Assembly (NCBI RefSeq): GCF_001194135.2
Contig: NC_069008.1
Location: 1,164,276-1,228,275 of the forward strand
Length of the DNA stretch: 64,000 nt
Origin: Octopus bimaculoides
Taxonomy: Eukaryota
Direction of reading: 5' to 3'
Shown here: positions 25,612-39,900 of the stretch, one piece after another
Layout of the letters: every line of letters begins with the position of its first letter
Position numbering within the stretch: the stretch's first letter is position 1
Program-made: the position numbers and the translations under genes
The notes under the pieces: model-generated
The model's database searches: none
What the model saw: only the letters and a program-made list of their open reading frames with translations
Told to the model about the DNA's origin: nothing

Positions 25612-28600
25612 ATATATGTTTGTGTCTCTATTTATGTCCCCCCAACATCGCTTGACAACCGATGCTGGTGTCCCCATAACTTAGCGGTTTGGCAAAAGAG
25701 ACCGATAGAATAAGTACTAGGCATCCAAAGAATAAGTCCAGTCCCGGGGTCGATTTGCTCGACTAATGGTGGTGCTCCAGCATGGCCGCAGTCAAATGAC
25801 TGAAACAAGTAAAAGAGTAAAGAGAGTCCATGATGGATTAGATAATTTAGTTCTAGACTGTTTGTGTCTGAAAGAAAGAGAGAGAATGGGCACAACTAGA
25901 ACACTATTGATCATAGGTCTTGTGGGTTTATAATGACCTAGGGCTAAATAATGAGAAAAGAAAAATTAGTGAATTTCGTTCTAGAATTATGTTTGAATGA
26001 AAAAGCAAGAATAGGTACAAACATAACATAATCATTGTATTTTTCTTTCTTGCTTTTTTTTTGTTTTTTTGTTTTTCATCTCAGACTTTTGACCAGTTTG
26101 CACCAATTCTGGGCAGTGTGTTCCAACATGTAAAGCAGGAATTTATAATCATACTTCAAAGTGGACAAATTTTTATTTGGCGCGAAACTGTTCTAGGTGA
26201 GTGTTTATTGCCAGTTTCAGTGGAGGCGCAATGGCCCAGTGGTTAGGGCAGCGGACTTGCGGTCATAGGATCACGGTTTCGATTCCCAGACCGGGCGTTG
26301 TGAGTGTTTACTGAGCGAAAACACCTAAGAGCTCCATGAGGCTCCGGCAGGGGATGGTGGTGAACCCTGCTGTACTCTTTCACCACAACTTTCTCTCACT
26401 CTTTCTTCCTGTTTCTGTTGTGCCTGTAATTCAAAGGGGCCAGCCTTGTCACACTGTGTCACGCTGAATATCCCCGAGAACTACGTTAAGGGTACACATG
26501 TCTGTGGAGTGCTCAGCCACTTGCACGTTAATTTCATGAGCAGGCTGTTCCGTTGATCGGATCAACTGGAACCCTCAACGTCGTAAGCGACAGAGTGCCA
26601 ACAATTGTCAGTTCCTAGAACCACAATCAGCCCCCTCACCCCAACCCTTTACAGTGTGAGCACAATAGCACAATATTTTGAAAATAGCAGCCAAATCTTC
26701 CTCAAATTATGTTCTACTGTCTTATGCATGATTTAAACTACTTCTGGTAGTGGGGCTCTGGTTTTGGAGATCCAAGGTTTTCAGGATTGTGGAACCACCT
26801 CTTAATCACTATAGTTTCCAGGTCTACTCTGACCTGGAGTAGAAGCACCTGTTAGGTCCCAGTTAAGGGTTAACTAGCATATGTGATGACATTCCATTTG
26901 AGTGTGGGAACAAAGAAATACCCTTGGTTGGTGTCAGGGCGCACAGTGAAACCTCTGGGTGAGAGAGGTCCCTAACTGTTGTTACAGCATCCTTCTAAGG
27001 GAAGGACACTTTGATGTAAAGCCAGCAGTTTCATGTGATTACTGATCATCTCCCTTCAGCCTTTCATTTGGGATTAATTACTGAGGCCCCGACGAGTGTC
27101 TATCACTCTAATCCAGTGACATACAGATGTGTCTTTATAGTGACCTTATATGTCATTCCATCTACTAAAAGTCCTATGGTGTAGAAGAGTGGTGACGTAT
27201 GAAGACATAACCATTTGGAAGTGTGCAGTAAGTATGACTTTCGTCTGTTGCCTATGCTTCGAGTGTTTATCTTTGCATTGATATTTTCAGAAAATGAAGT
27301 TATTTCCAAAGAACTTTCCAGTTTTTGTGATGTTTCTTCTGACACAAAATGGACAGTTTCACAGGATTGGTTATTTGCTACAAACACACAAGAAACAAAG
27401 TAAGTGGCCCCTGCGTTTCCTCCTTGTTCCTAAATTTTTGTAACAGCACAGGTGTAGCTGTATAGTTAAGTAGCTTGCTTTTCAGCCCTGTAGTTTTGAG
27501 TTCAATTACTCTGTGCAGTACATTGGGCAAGTGTCTTCTAGTATAGCCCCTGGCTGACCAAAGCCTTACGAGTGGATTTGGTAGACAGAAACTGAGGGAA
27601 ACCCATCGTGTGTGTGTGTGTGTGTGTGTATCTCTTATCTTTTACTTGTTGCAGTCATTAGACTGCAAACATGCCGGTGCATGATTGCTCCAGCATGGCC
27701 ACAGTCCAATGACTGAAACAAGTTAAAAGGTATAAGGGAATTAGTGACTCATTTGACATGTGGTCAAGATAAGACATGTTAACTGCTTTGTACAGAGGTT
27801 GAGTGTATGTACCATCTGGTGATATTTGTTGGGCTACTGTTAGGGACCTGCAATGAGAGACATAGAACAAAACAGATTCTACTGCACCACTACCACCAAT
27901 ACCAACACCACCATCATAGCTACTGTCACCACCTAAAAAGAACCCTGTTTTCTCTTATTTCAAGGGTCTGGAATTTGACCAATGGAGAATGCCTACAGAG
28001 AATTACACACACAAATGAGCAGGCAATGGGTGTGTTCATGGTGATGAAGACTCTACAGGTTTCTGGTCTGTTCACTAACGAAGCTATTTACCTGTTGCAG
28101 GTAAGTCTAACACCTATTTTGTGCTTCACATATCTTATAAAATTTTGTCTTGCATGACTGTGGTTCCACTACTTGAATACTATTGACTGGTGTTTTATGT
28201 GTACTACAACAGTGGGCTGACCTTTCTTTGCTGTTGTTTCTGCCAAATCCCTGCATTTTCAGTTTTGTTATTCTTCTGCTTCCTGTACAAGCCCTGAGAG
28301 AAATCCTTCCCCTCCTGGTTCTTGTTGGGCTTGAATTATTATCAATGTTTCTTTAACTTTTTTTTTGTTTTTTTTTTGCTAGGTAGGTGTGTTGCCCCTT
28401 TCTAAAGCCATTTTTGCATCTGGGAAGTGATGATCCACATAAGTCTGGCTTCTATCCTTTCACCTTCCCAGCATGGGGGACCCTAACAGTAGCTTGTGCT
28501 CTGTAGGTAGGGCTCTCAGGGTTACTGAAGCACACAGGCCACCTCATTGCAACAAGGGGTGGACCTTGTGGTGACCAACTGACCATTGGAAGCATGAAAA

Positions 28601-30685
28601 AAAAAAAAACCCATCATCATCATTGTTTAACGTCCGCTTTCCATGCTGGCACAAGTCAGATGGTTTGACTGAGGACTGGCGAGCTGGGAGGCTGCCCCAG
28701 GCTCCAATCTGATCTGGCAAATTTTCTACAGCTGGATTCCCTTCCTAACACCAACCACTCCGAGAGTGTAGTGGGTGCTGTTTACATGCCACCAGCATGN
28801 NNNNNNNNNNNNNNNNNNNNNNNNNNNNNNNNNNNNNNNNNNNNNNNNNNTCAGGTGGCACTGGCATCAGCTATGCTCAAATAGTGCTTTTCACATGCCA
28901 CCAGCATGGGGGCCAGTCAGGTGGCACTGGCATCAGCTATGCTCAAATAGTGCTTTTCACATGCCACCAGCATGGGGGCCAGTCAGGTGGCACTGGCATC
29001 AACCATGCTCAAATGGTGCCTTTTTATGTGCCAGCATGGGTACCAGTCAGGCAGTACTGTCATTGGCCACAACAGTTTCACTTGACGCTGTAGGTCTTCT
29101 CAAACATAGCATATTGCTTGAAGATTGAAGGGAAATCTTAAATGGCCCGGTTATGTGACACTGGCGTAGGCCATGGCTACAATCTCACTTGGCTTGTCAG
29201 GTTTTCTCAAGCACAGCGCATCTCCAAAGGTCTTGGTCACTTTGAAATGAAGAGGAGGATGATAACGATGATGAAGATATGTTATAATCATCTAATTAGT
29301 CTTGACTCCAGTCATCATTATCACTGCTGTTGCAAGGGCATTGAGCTGGCAGAATCGTTAGCACACTGGGCAAAGGCAAAATGCTTAGTGACATACTGTC
29401 TGTCTCAATGTTCTGAGTTCAAATTCCACTGAGGCTGACTTTGCCTTTCATCCTTTTGGGGTCAATAAAATGATTACCAGTTGAGTACTGGGGTCAATGT
29501 AATCGACTTACCCTCAACCTTGAACTTGCTGGCCTTTTGCCAAAATTTTAAACCATTGTTACTGTTATTGTTGCTGTTGTTGTTGTCAACATTATTATTG
29601 TCCATTAAAATATAACCCTGTTGTCTCTCCTCCCTTCTCCACCATACTACATCTCCCCACCATAGTTGCACTTATTGACCCACGAAACACTGTCGTTTCA
29701 TCCTATATTCCAGCAAGAGCCACCCCCAGTCAACACTGGATGCCTACCCACCAACAACCATTATCGCTCGGAAGCATTGAATGTAGCCCTGCTGGACCAA
29801 GTAAGTACAATTCATTCTCTGTCTGTTCGTCTCCCTAACGTAGCGTGGCTGTATTTTTATATTATTTAGTCTATATAGAAACCTATATGTTATACTGTCC
29901 AATAATGACTATATAATTGGATCTATCTAGAGGACTGTGTGGCGGCGTGTAGCTTAGTGGTTAAGGTGTTGGACTCGTGATCATTAGGTTGTGGTTTCAA
30001 TTCCTGGACTGGGCAACACATTGTTTTCTTGAACAAAACACTTCATTTCACATTGCTCCAGTCCACTCAGCTGGCAAAAGTGAGTCATCCTGTGACAGAC
30101 TGGTGTCCCATCCAGATGGGTAATATATACGCCATGGAGACTGAGTAACTGGCCCTATGAGACTATATGACTTGGGAAGGAATGAAAAAAGGGCTGTATG
30201 TTGTAGGATATATAGAACATATCCATCAATCCATTCACTCAAAACCAGGACCTTTGGATGTTGTTATACACCACTAGTCACAATGCGCTTCCTTTGATTG
30301 TTGTAACTTTCGAATGATGTCACCCCACCAGCCAGTCTGTTACAGGGTTCTCCATTTGCAGCTAACTGAACTGGAGCAATGTGAACTGAAGTGTCTTGCT
30401 CAAGAACATGATGCCCTGCTGGTCTGAGAATTGAAACCACGATCTTGTGATCATGAATGTAATACTCTAACCACTGGCCTCCATATATATATGAGAGTAT
30501 CTTATAGTGTATATAGCAGACTCTGTAATATAGTGTACATAGAAACCTATGTACATACATATATATGTGTATATATGCACAAATATACATGTATGTGTAT
30601 GTGTGTGTACACATATATTGTTGTGTCTGGGGAGAGTCAACACACAAACTCACATAAAGAATCTTGCAAACCAAACCCAAAAATG

Positions 30686-30728
<43 letters not shown>

Positions 30729-32167
30729 TACACATACAGACAGACACACACACACATATATATATATATACATACACATACAGACAGATAGACAGGCATA
30801 TATNNNNNNNNNNNNNNNNNNNNNNNNNNNNNNNNNNNNNNNNNNNNNNNNNNNNNNNNNNNNNNNNNNNNNNNNNNNNNNNNNNNNNNNNNNNNNNNNN
30901 NNNNNNNNNNNNNNNNNNNNNNNNNNNNNNNNNNNNNNNNNNNNNNNNNNNNNNNNNNNNNNNNNNNNNNNNNNNNNNNNNNNNNNNNNNNNNNNNNNNN
31001 NNNNNNNNNNNNNNNNNNNNNNNNNNNNNNNNNNNNNNNNNNNNNNNNNNNNNNNNNNNNNNNNNNNNNNNNNNNNNNNNNNNNNNNNNNNNNNNNNNNN
31101 NNNNNNNNNNNNNNNNNNNNNNNNNNNNNNNNNNNNNNNNNNNNNNNNNNNNNNNNNNNNNNNNNNNNNNNNNNNNNNNNNNNNNNNNNNNNNNNNNNNN
31201 NNNNNNNNNNNNNNNNNNNNNNNNNNNNNNNNNNNNNNNNNNNNTTATTTTACTGGAAAGTAAAACATTTGTATTGCAGTAATTTTTCATTGAAAACGTT
31301 TTCACTGTTCTCGTTCTGTCAACGACTAAGCATTCAGGCGAGTGTACTGGGTCTGAGCGTACTGGGTCGTTCGCTGGCCAGGCCCGTCTCCGTTTCGTCT
31401 GTCTGTAGACCACAGGTATTTATAATAAACGCGGCAGCTAGAAGGACAGACATACTGCAGCAGAGTTTATACCTAAATAGGTCGGCTGAGGTTGTAGGTC
31501 GAAGGGAGATGATCAATCACTTTTTGACAGGACAAAGAAAACCTGTTTTCGCGACTGTTGATCGTGGTGGTTTGGACGACCGATTCTTAGATTCGGTTTC
31601 AAATCTAGGCTTGGAGAAAGAAGTGTTAATTTTTACATATATGTATATATGTATTGGTATATGTATATATGTATGTGTGTGTGTGCGTGTGCATGCATAT
31701 ATAAAAGACAGTATATTATAGTGTATATAGAACATGTTACATATATGTTTCAAGCTTTAGATTATAATTTTTGATCCAGTTTCCTACAAATTAATTATTT
31801 TTGTTTTATAATTTATTTAAAATCACACTCAAAGAGTTTGTAATTAATTGCAGGAAAAATTCCAGACAGAAAGTCTTTCAGCTCAGCGTAAGCTGAAAGA
31901 ACTTGAGAAGAATTGGTCTCAGTTTAAACACCAGAGGGCGCCTACGGACTATACCAGGCTTACAGGTTCGAGGCTATCATCTTTTATCTTTCTTCAATCA
32001 TAAGATTGTGGCCATGCTGGGGCACCACCTATTAATCAACCCTAGTGTTTATATTTTTTAAACGCTTGGTATTTATTCTATTGGTAACTTTTGGTGAACC
32101 ACTAAGTTACAGGGACCTAGACATACTACCAATTGTCAAGCAGTGATGGAGAAAAACACAAAGACAT

Positions 32168-32239
<72 letters not shown>

Positions 32240-34011
32240 ATAGAATGGGATTCTTTCAGTTTCTGCTTATCAAATCCACTCACAAGGCTTTATTTGGTCC
32301 AAAGCTATAGTAGAAAACACTTGCTCAAGATATTCTCCTAGTTCGTGAATGCTGCCATAATCCTTGCTTTTGGTTCATCTTTGGTGTTAGAGGAGTTTTG
32401 TTGTAAAGAAAGAAAGAAACGGAAAGAGAGGGAAAGAGAAAGAAAAGTCAGGGAGAGAGAGAGAGAGAGAGAGACAAAAAATAAGGGAGAGAGAGAGAAA
32501 GTTAGAATGAGAGAGTGTGTCAGAGAGAGAGAGAGAAGGATAGGCTGAGAGAGAGAGGNNNNNNNNNNNNNNNNNNNNNNNNNNNNNNNNNNNNNNNNNN
32601 NNNNNNNNNNNNNNNNNNNNNNNNNNNNNNNNNNNNNNNNNNNNNNNNNNNNNNNNNNNNNNNNNNNNNNNNNNNNNNNNNNNNNNNNNNNNNNNNNNNN
32701 NNNNNNNNNNNNNNNNNNNNNNNNNNNNNNNNNNNNNNNNNNNNNNNNNNNNNNNNNNNNNNNNNNNNNNNNNNNNNNNNNNNNNNNNNNNNNNNNNNNN
32801 NNNNNNNNNNNNNNNNNNNNNNNNNNNNNNNNNNNNNNNNNNNNNNNNNNNNNNNNNNNNNNNNNNNNNNNNNNNNNNNCCACCAAACTTAACCCCCCCC
32901 CCTACTTATCCAAATTGTTTCCCATTGCATGAAACATTTTGTAATTTCCTGTCCCAATTTCCAATTTTCCATTGTTAGATCCGTTCTTGGAGAGTTACTG
33001 GCTTCTGGAAGATTTTTGGCAGAATGCCATTCTGTCTGAGGAAAAGGTAAACTTTATTCTCTTCATGGAATCCTTTTTTTTCTTTTTCTTTTTTTTTGTT
33101 TGTTTGTTTGTTAGGCTTATTTCTACAGATATTCCCTAGAAATTATAGCCAACATTGACCTTTTGCTACCATGTTTTGTATCAAGATGTCAGATGTAAAC
33201 AACCAATGAAACAGAAGACAAAAATAGGCAATGGGTATATACGCCATATTTCAGGGATTTTTTCCCCCTTCAATTTTTTTTATCCTTCTCTCTTTTTTAA
33301 GTTTTTTTTTTTTTGGTTTTTATTGTGTATGTTTCACCAATTTCGATATCTTTACTGTTATATTATTCTTCACCAGCTGCTTGAATTGTGATTTCTTATT
33401 TCTTTGTTGCCCACAAGGGGCTAAACATAGAGGGGACAAACAAGGACAGACAAAGGGACTAAGTCGATTACATCGACCCCCGTACACAACTGGTACTTAA
33501 TTTATCGACCCCCGAAAGGATGAAAGGCAAAGTCAACCTCGGCGGAATTTGAACTCAGAAAGTAATGGCAGACGAAATACCGCTAAGCATTTCGCCCGGC
33601 ATGCTAACGTTTCTGCCAGCTCGCCGCCCTTAATTTAATTGTGATTTCTGCAGTCAGGAAGGACGGGGGTCTTGGTCTTCTTGCTTTCTTTTCCTTCTTC
33701 TCATTCCGCTTTTCGGGGGGAAGGGATGAGTCGATTACATTGACCCCAGTGTTCAACTGGTACTTATGTTACTGAAAGGTAAAATTGACCTCCATGGAAT
33801 TTGAACTCAGAACGTAGCAGTAAAGGAAATGTTGCTAAGTCTTTTGCCCAGCATGCTAATGATTCTGCCAGCTCACCACCTTAATAACAACAACAGCAAC
33901 AATAAAAATACAGTTCTTAACCACTACGCCATATGCCCGTGGGCATATGGCGTAGTGGTTAAGAGCGCGGGCTACTAACCCCAAGATTCCGAGTTCGATT
34001 CCAAGCAGTGA

Positions 34012-34050
<39 letters not shown>

Positions 34051-34683
34051 CAATAATAATAATAATAACAACATTGAAGAAGACCTTAGGAATGAGAACC
34101 CAGGTTGAAATTTCCCCAGGACACCTGACGAAGGCTGGAGGGTATATCAGCCGAAACGTTGTGTTAACAACAAACAAGATGAGGACAAATATCCATCTAA
34201 TGTAAATAATGAACAATAAAAATATTATTATTATTATTATTATTATTCATTTGACTAAAATTTCTTCAAAGTGATGCCCTAGCATGACCTACGTCTAGTG
34301 GCAGAAACAAATAAAAGGCAAAAACTTTAACAAGTCCTTGTTTATGTAGGCCCTTCATTTATATGACAGGTGAGAGTAACATTAATACACACATATACAC
34401 TCACCTGTATATATATATATGTGTTACCTGCACTTGATTTTATAAGTTTGTGGAACTTACCTTTTCCTTCCAGGTTATAAATCCGTTTCCTTTCAATGGA
34501 TCTCTGGAAGAGATTATCCGCCAGCTGTTGAACCCTTCCAGCAACCTGCCCCCTGAAACTAGACAGGTCCAGCTGATGATCTTGGCTAACCAATACCCCG
34601 CCCTTATCTTGACCACCTTCAAGACATTCCTTGACTTTAATTCAGGTAGGTGTTCATACTGAAAATATTTTTGTTGTTTTATG

Positions 34684-34727
<44 letters not shown>

Positions 34728-36884
34728 TACTATTATTATTGTGGAGGCGCAATGGCCCAGTGGTTAGGGCAGTGGACTCGCGGTCGGAGGATCACGGTTT
34801 CGATTCCCAGACCGGGCGTTGTGTGTGGACAAAATGCTTAGTAACATTTCATGTCTTTATGTTTGAAGTTCAAATTGCCCTTCATCCTTTTGAGGTCCTT
34901 AAAATAAGTACCAGAACCTACCTTCCTACAGTGTCATTTTAAAAATTAAAAATTGCATCATTGAAACCTCAAAAGTACGACATAAAGTCTGATTCATTCA
35001 AAACAATGTGAATAAATAAGTATAACATTTGACCAAATCCGAATGTTGAAGGGTTAATTTTTTAATTGTTTTTTTATTTTATTTAAAGATGTCTGTGAGA
35101 AGAATCTTCCAGTTTGGCAATTTGTCCTTAGCCTTGACAACAATGATCTCAACAGGACAAACATGAACAGCCAGGTCTTTGAGATTATCTGCCAAGTGAT
35201 TTTCAAGGAAGAACCACAGAATTTGGTGAGTTTAACAAAATGCCTACATGCATGCATGCACACACTCACCCATATACGTGGGGACACACGCCCATACACA
35301 CACACCCATACATACACTCACCCATATACATGGACACACACGCCCATAGAAAAACGCCCATACACACACACCCATACACACACTCACCCATATGTACACC
35401 CATCTATGCACACACACACACATGCTCACACATTGTGGTGGTTGATCTCCATCATCCAATGGTGAGAAATCAATTGTTCAATCAACTGAAATGACTGTTT
35501 ATATATGTGTATATATATATATATAGGCGTGGGAGTGGCTGTGTGGTAAGTAGCTTGCTTACCAACCACATGGTTCTGGGTTCAGTCCCACTGCGTGGCA
35601 CCTTGGGCAAGTGTCTTCTACTATATATACTGGAGTAAACACATAAATGTGAAACAAGATGGAAAAAAGAGTACTCAAATACCAGAGGCAGAGGAAGATA
35701 TTGAACATATTCCCCTCTCAAATTCATACACTTATTGCAGTAGTTCTTCAAAGTTTTTCTAAGCCCTGTAAAAGAACTTGGAAGGTTCGGCCTCCAACTA
35801 GGCCCTTCACGATACCCTTAAATTGAGGAACTCTTCAGCACACCCTCATATATTCAGTACCTATGCTAGCATGGAAGGTGGACATTAAACGATGATGATG
35901 ATGATGATGATGATGAACACTCTTGTGGGCCATTGTCGCCACTCAGCCATATTCTTGCTATTAGAGTCGTTGCTTAATGTCTCACATTTTTTATTGTTTC
36001 CAGGTTCCTTTCGTGATGAAAGCACAACAAGCTTACGAACTAAACATTGGTGTAGCAGCCTTCACTCGGGAACGACACACAGTAGGTTTGATACCAGTCG
36101 TTATCAAGGGGTCGTTTTGAAGGGGGTTTTTCTGTTTTGTTTTCCTTTTATCCAAAGGTCCAGTGGGGTGGGGGGATGAAGGAATGCCCTTCATCTTAAC
36201 CATATTTTCAAGAATGGTTACTGTAGTGGTAGTGGTGGTAGTAGTAGTAGTAGACATAGGTGGAGGAGGTAGAATGGGTGGTGGCTTTATTAGTGGTGGT
36301 GGCAGTGGTAATAGTAGTAGTAGTGGTGAGTGGTGAGATGGTGTTGGTGGTGGTAGAGGTGGCGATGGTGACTGTAGTGATGGTGAAGGTGGTAGCGCAG
36401 GTCAGGTGATGAGAGTAGTAGTAGTAGTAGTAGTAGTGGAGGTGGTGATGGTATTAGTGGCAGTGGTATTAGTGGTGGTGGTTGATGTTTTGGTAGTGGT
36501 AGTGGTAGCTGTTGTAGTAGTAGCAGTAGCAGTAATAGTAATGACGGTGGTCCTAGTTGTAGTGGTAGTAGTAGTAGCAGTATTGATGGTGGTGTAGCAG
36601 AAGCAGTGGTGATGTTGGCGGTGGTAGTAACAGAGGTGATGCTGGTTTTGGCGGTGGTATTGGTGGTGTTGCTTCACCAACAGGTAATCCAGCTAATCCT
36701 CTTGTGCTTGTAATTCTCTTGCAGAAGAAGGTTTTCTGCGAGGCCTATTCGTGTCTGCCGGAAGTCAACATGTCTACGGATCCCTGGGAAGCCGTCGAAG
36801 CCAAAGTACAACTGATTCTCAAAAGGTTTGGAATGGTCGTCAGAAATTACTACATGTGGTCGTGGGGGTGGGGGTGATGCTCTG

Positions 36885-36918
<34 letters not shown>

Positions 36919-39900
36919 TATGTATGTATGTATGAATTTGTGTGTGTGTATGTGTGTACCTGTATATATTTGTATGTTTGTGTGAGTGTATGTATGCATG
37001 TTTGTATGTGTATAAATGTATGTGCATGTACATATATCATATATGTGTTCATGTATGTATGTAGGTGTGTATATCTATATGTGTGTGTGTACATATATAT
37101 GTATATATATATGTGTGTATGCATGTATATATGTATGTGTTTATGTATGTGCATGTCATTATCTTACCTATTATCTTTTGCTTGCTTCAGTCTTTGGAGT
37201 GTGCCCATGCTGGTGCACTACACTACCTTGAAGGGTTTACTCAAACAAATCAACCCCAGTTCTTGATTTTTTTCTCTACAAACCAACACCAGTTGTCAAG
37301 CAGTGGTGTGTGACAAACACAGAAGTGCATACACACACACACACACACACACATGTGACGGGCTTCTTTCAGTTTCTTGTTTCTTCACTGCCCATAAGGG
37401 GCTACTCACAGAGGGGACAAACAAAGACAGACAAACGGATTAAGTCGATTATATCGACCTCCAGTGTGTAACTGGTACTTATTTAATCGACCCCCAAAAG
37501 GATGAAAGGCAAAGTCGACCTCGGTGGAATTTGAACTCAGAATGTAAAATACCGCTAAGCATTTCGCCTGGCGTGCTAAGGTTTCTGCCAGCTTGATCCC
37601 TTTTATGTTTATTTCAGTTTCTCTCTACTAAATGCACCCACATGGGTTTGGTCAGCTTGGAGCTATAGAAGAAAACATTTTCCCAAGTGGATTGAACTCA
37701 AAACCATGCAGTTAGGAAGCTGACTTCTTACCATGCAGTGACACCTATGCCTATATCATCATCATCGTTTAACGTCCGCTTTCCATGCTGGCATGGGTTG
37801 NNNNNNNNNNNNNNNNNNNNNNNNNNNNNNNNNNNNNNNNNNNNNNNNNNNNNNNNNNNNNNNNNNNNNNNNNNNNNNNNNNNNNNNNNNNNNNNNNNNN
37901 ATATATATATATATACATACATACACGTTTATGTATGGATGTATGTATATGTGTGTATAAAGCTATGTTCTTTCATGTTTCAGTGAGAGTGGTCACTATA
38001 TACTAAAGTCCCAAGATGTACTCCTCAGTGCCGGCCACTGGGAAAGTGCCCTGTCACATTTGCGTCATTCCATCACAGACAAACAGAGTTTCCGGCAACT
38101 TCTACACGTCACACTGAAGGCCATGGCCAAGGTAATGGACTATTATATATACATACAGCATGACCAGATATTGTCACCGTGACTGCGTGTGTACATGTGT
38201 GGCTATCTACCATATTTTCTGGCATACAAGTTGCCATAGTATATCGTGTAAACATTCAAGCACTGTCACCATCTTTCCAAGTCCTGTTGCATTTTGCATG
38301 GAATTTTTGGTCCCAAAAATCATCTTTTTTTTGTACATTATTTACATTATTTACATTTGACGGATATTTGTCCTCATCTTGTTTGTTGTTAACACAACAT
38401 TTCGGCTGATATACCCTCCAGCCTTCATCAGGTGTCTTGGGGGAAATTTCGAACCTGGGTTCTCATTCCTAAGGTATTTTTCGTTGTTGTTGCTGCTGTT
38501 GCTGTTGTTGTTGTTGTTCAGGTCACTGCCTAGAATCGAACTTGGAATCTTGGGGTTAGTAGCCCACGCTCTTAACCACTATGCCATATGCCCGTGGTCA
38601 TATAATAATAATAATAATAACATTGAAAAATAGCCTAGGAACGAGAACCCAGGTTTGAAATTTCCCCAAGATACCTCATGAAGGCTGGAGAGTACATTGG
38701 CTACTTGGACAAGTGTCTTCTGCTATAGCCACGGGCTGACCAAAGCCTTGTGATTGAATTTGGTAGGTGGAAGTTTCCATCATGTGTGTACATGTGTCTA
38801 ACAGAGAGGAAGGAAAATAAACATGTATGTATGCATATATATAATTCCTTTATTATTCTTTTATTATTATTTCAGGCGCAAGTGCTACACAAATACATGA
38901 ATGATCTCTCCAGTTTGTTAACCCTCAATAGGTGAGTATTTAGTAGATCAAGGAAGATTATATGTCTTTGCAAATATTGGGTCTTGGAGGTGACCTCGGA
39001 GTAGTAGTGTTTGTCAAGGGCCCTGGTTATAAATTGAGAAGACTTGGAGAAGGACTGACCCCAAAACATATCACAAAGGCCCACAAGTTTGTGGATATGC
39101 TGTGACGCCATGTGAAGCCATTTCCCTGCATGAGCGACCCCAGATTTTAATGACCCTACAGCAAACAGATTTAGACCTTTACAGCCCCGTGGAATATGGG
39201 TTCTAAGAAACTCTTATCTTATACTTGCATCAGTCATTTGATTGTGGCCATGCTGGGGCACCACCTTTAAGGGATTTTAGTTGAACAAATTGACCCCAGG
39301 ATTTTTTTTTAAAGCCTGGTACTTATTCTATCCGGTTTTTTCCAAACTGCTAAATTATGGGCACATAAACACACCAAAAGTGGTGGTCAAGTGGTGACGG
39401 GGGAAACAAACACAGACAGAAAGACACACTCACATTGATATATATATATGCTTTCGGTGCAAATGGTTCTGCTGTATGGTGCTGTGTTTTACAATCCTGT
39501 AAGTAATAATAATGGTATTTATATCAGCTTAAAGCATTTGGCGATCACTATGCCATGACTAAGAAAAAAACTCTAATAAAGGGACATATAAACCCTTGAC
39601 AGAAAAAAGAAGGCTTTCCTATCCACGTGGGACTCAAACCCACATCCCTTTGTTAACGCAACTGTGTTACCTTTACGCCAGTGAATTAGCTTCCCTCTTT
39701 CTGTCAAATTTAAGATCTATATTAGTTCGTATTTGTTTTATGGAAGCAAACTTTCTATGTGCTTTCGGTGCAAATGGTTTTGTTATACGGCGCCAAGTTT
39801 TTCAATCCTGTCAATAATAATAATAATAATAATGGTATCTATATAAGCTTAAAGCTTATGGCAATCACCGTGCAAAGATAGGATAAGAAAGCCTTCTTTT

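Noticed and set aside
28851-29040. Regularly spaced repeats as a CRISPR-like array
   Set aside because: Head-to-tail 66-bp units without unique spacers, inside a retroposon; no cas genes; eukaryotic context
33941-34015. tRNA genes at SINE heads (also 26222, 55284, 39622)
   Set aside because: A/B boxes are present, but there is no proper acceptor stem and each is fused to a repeat body
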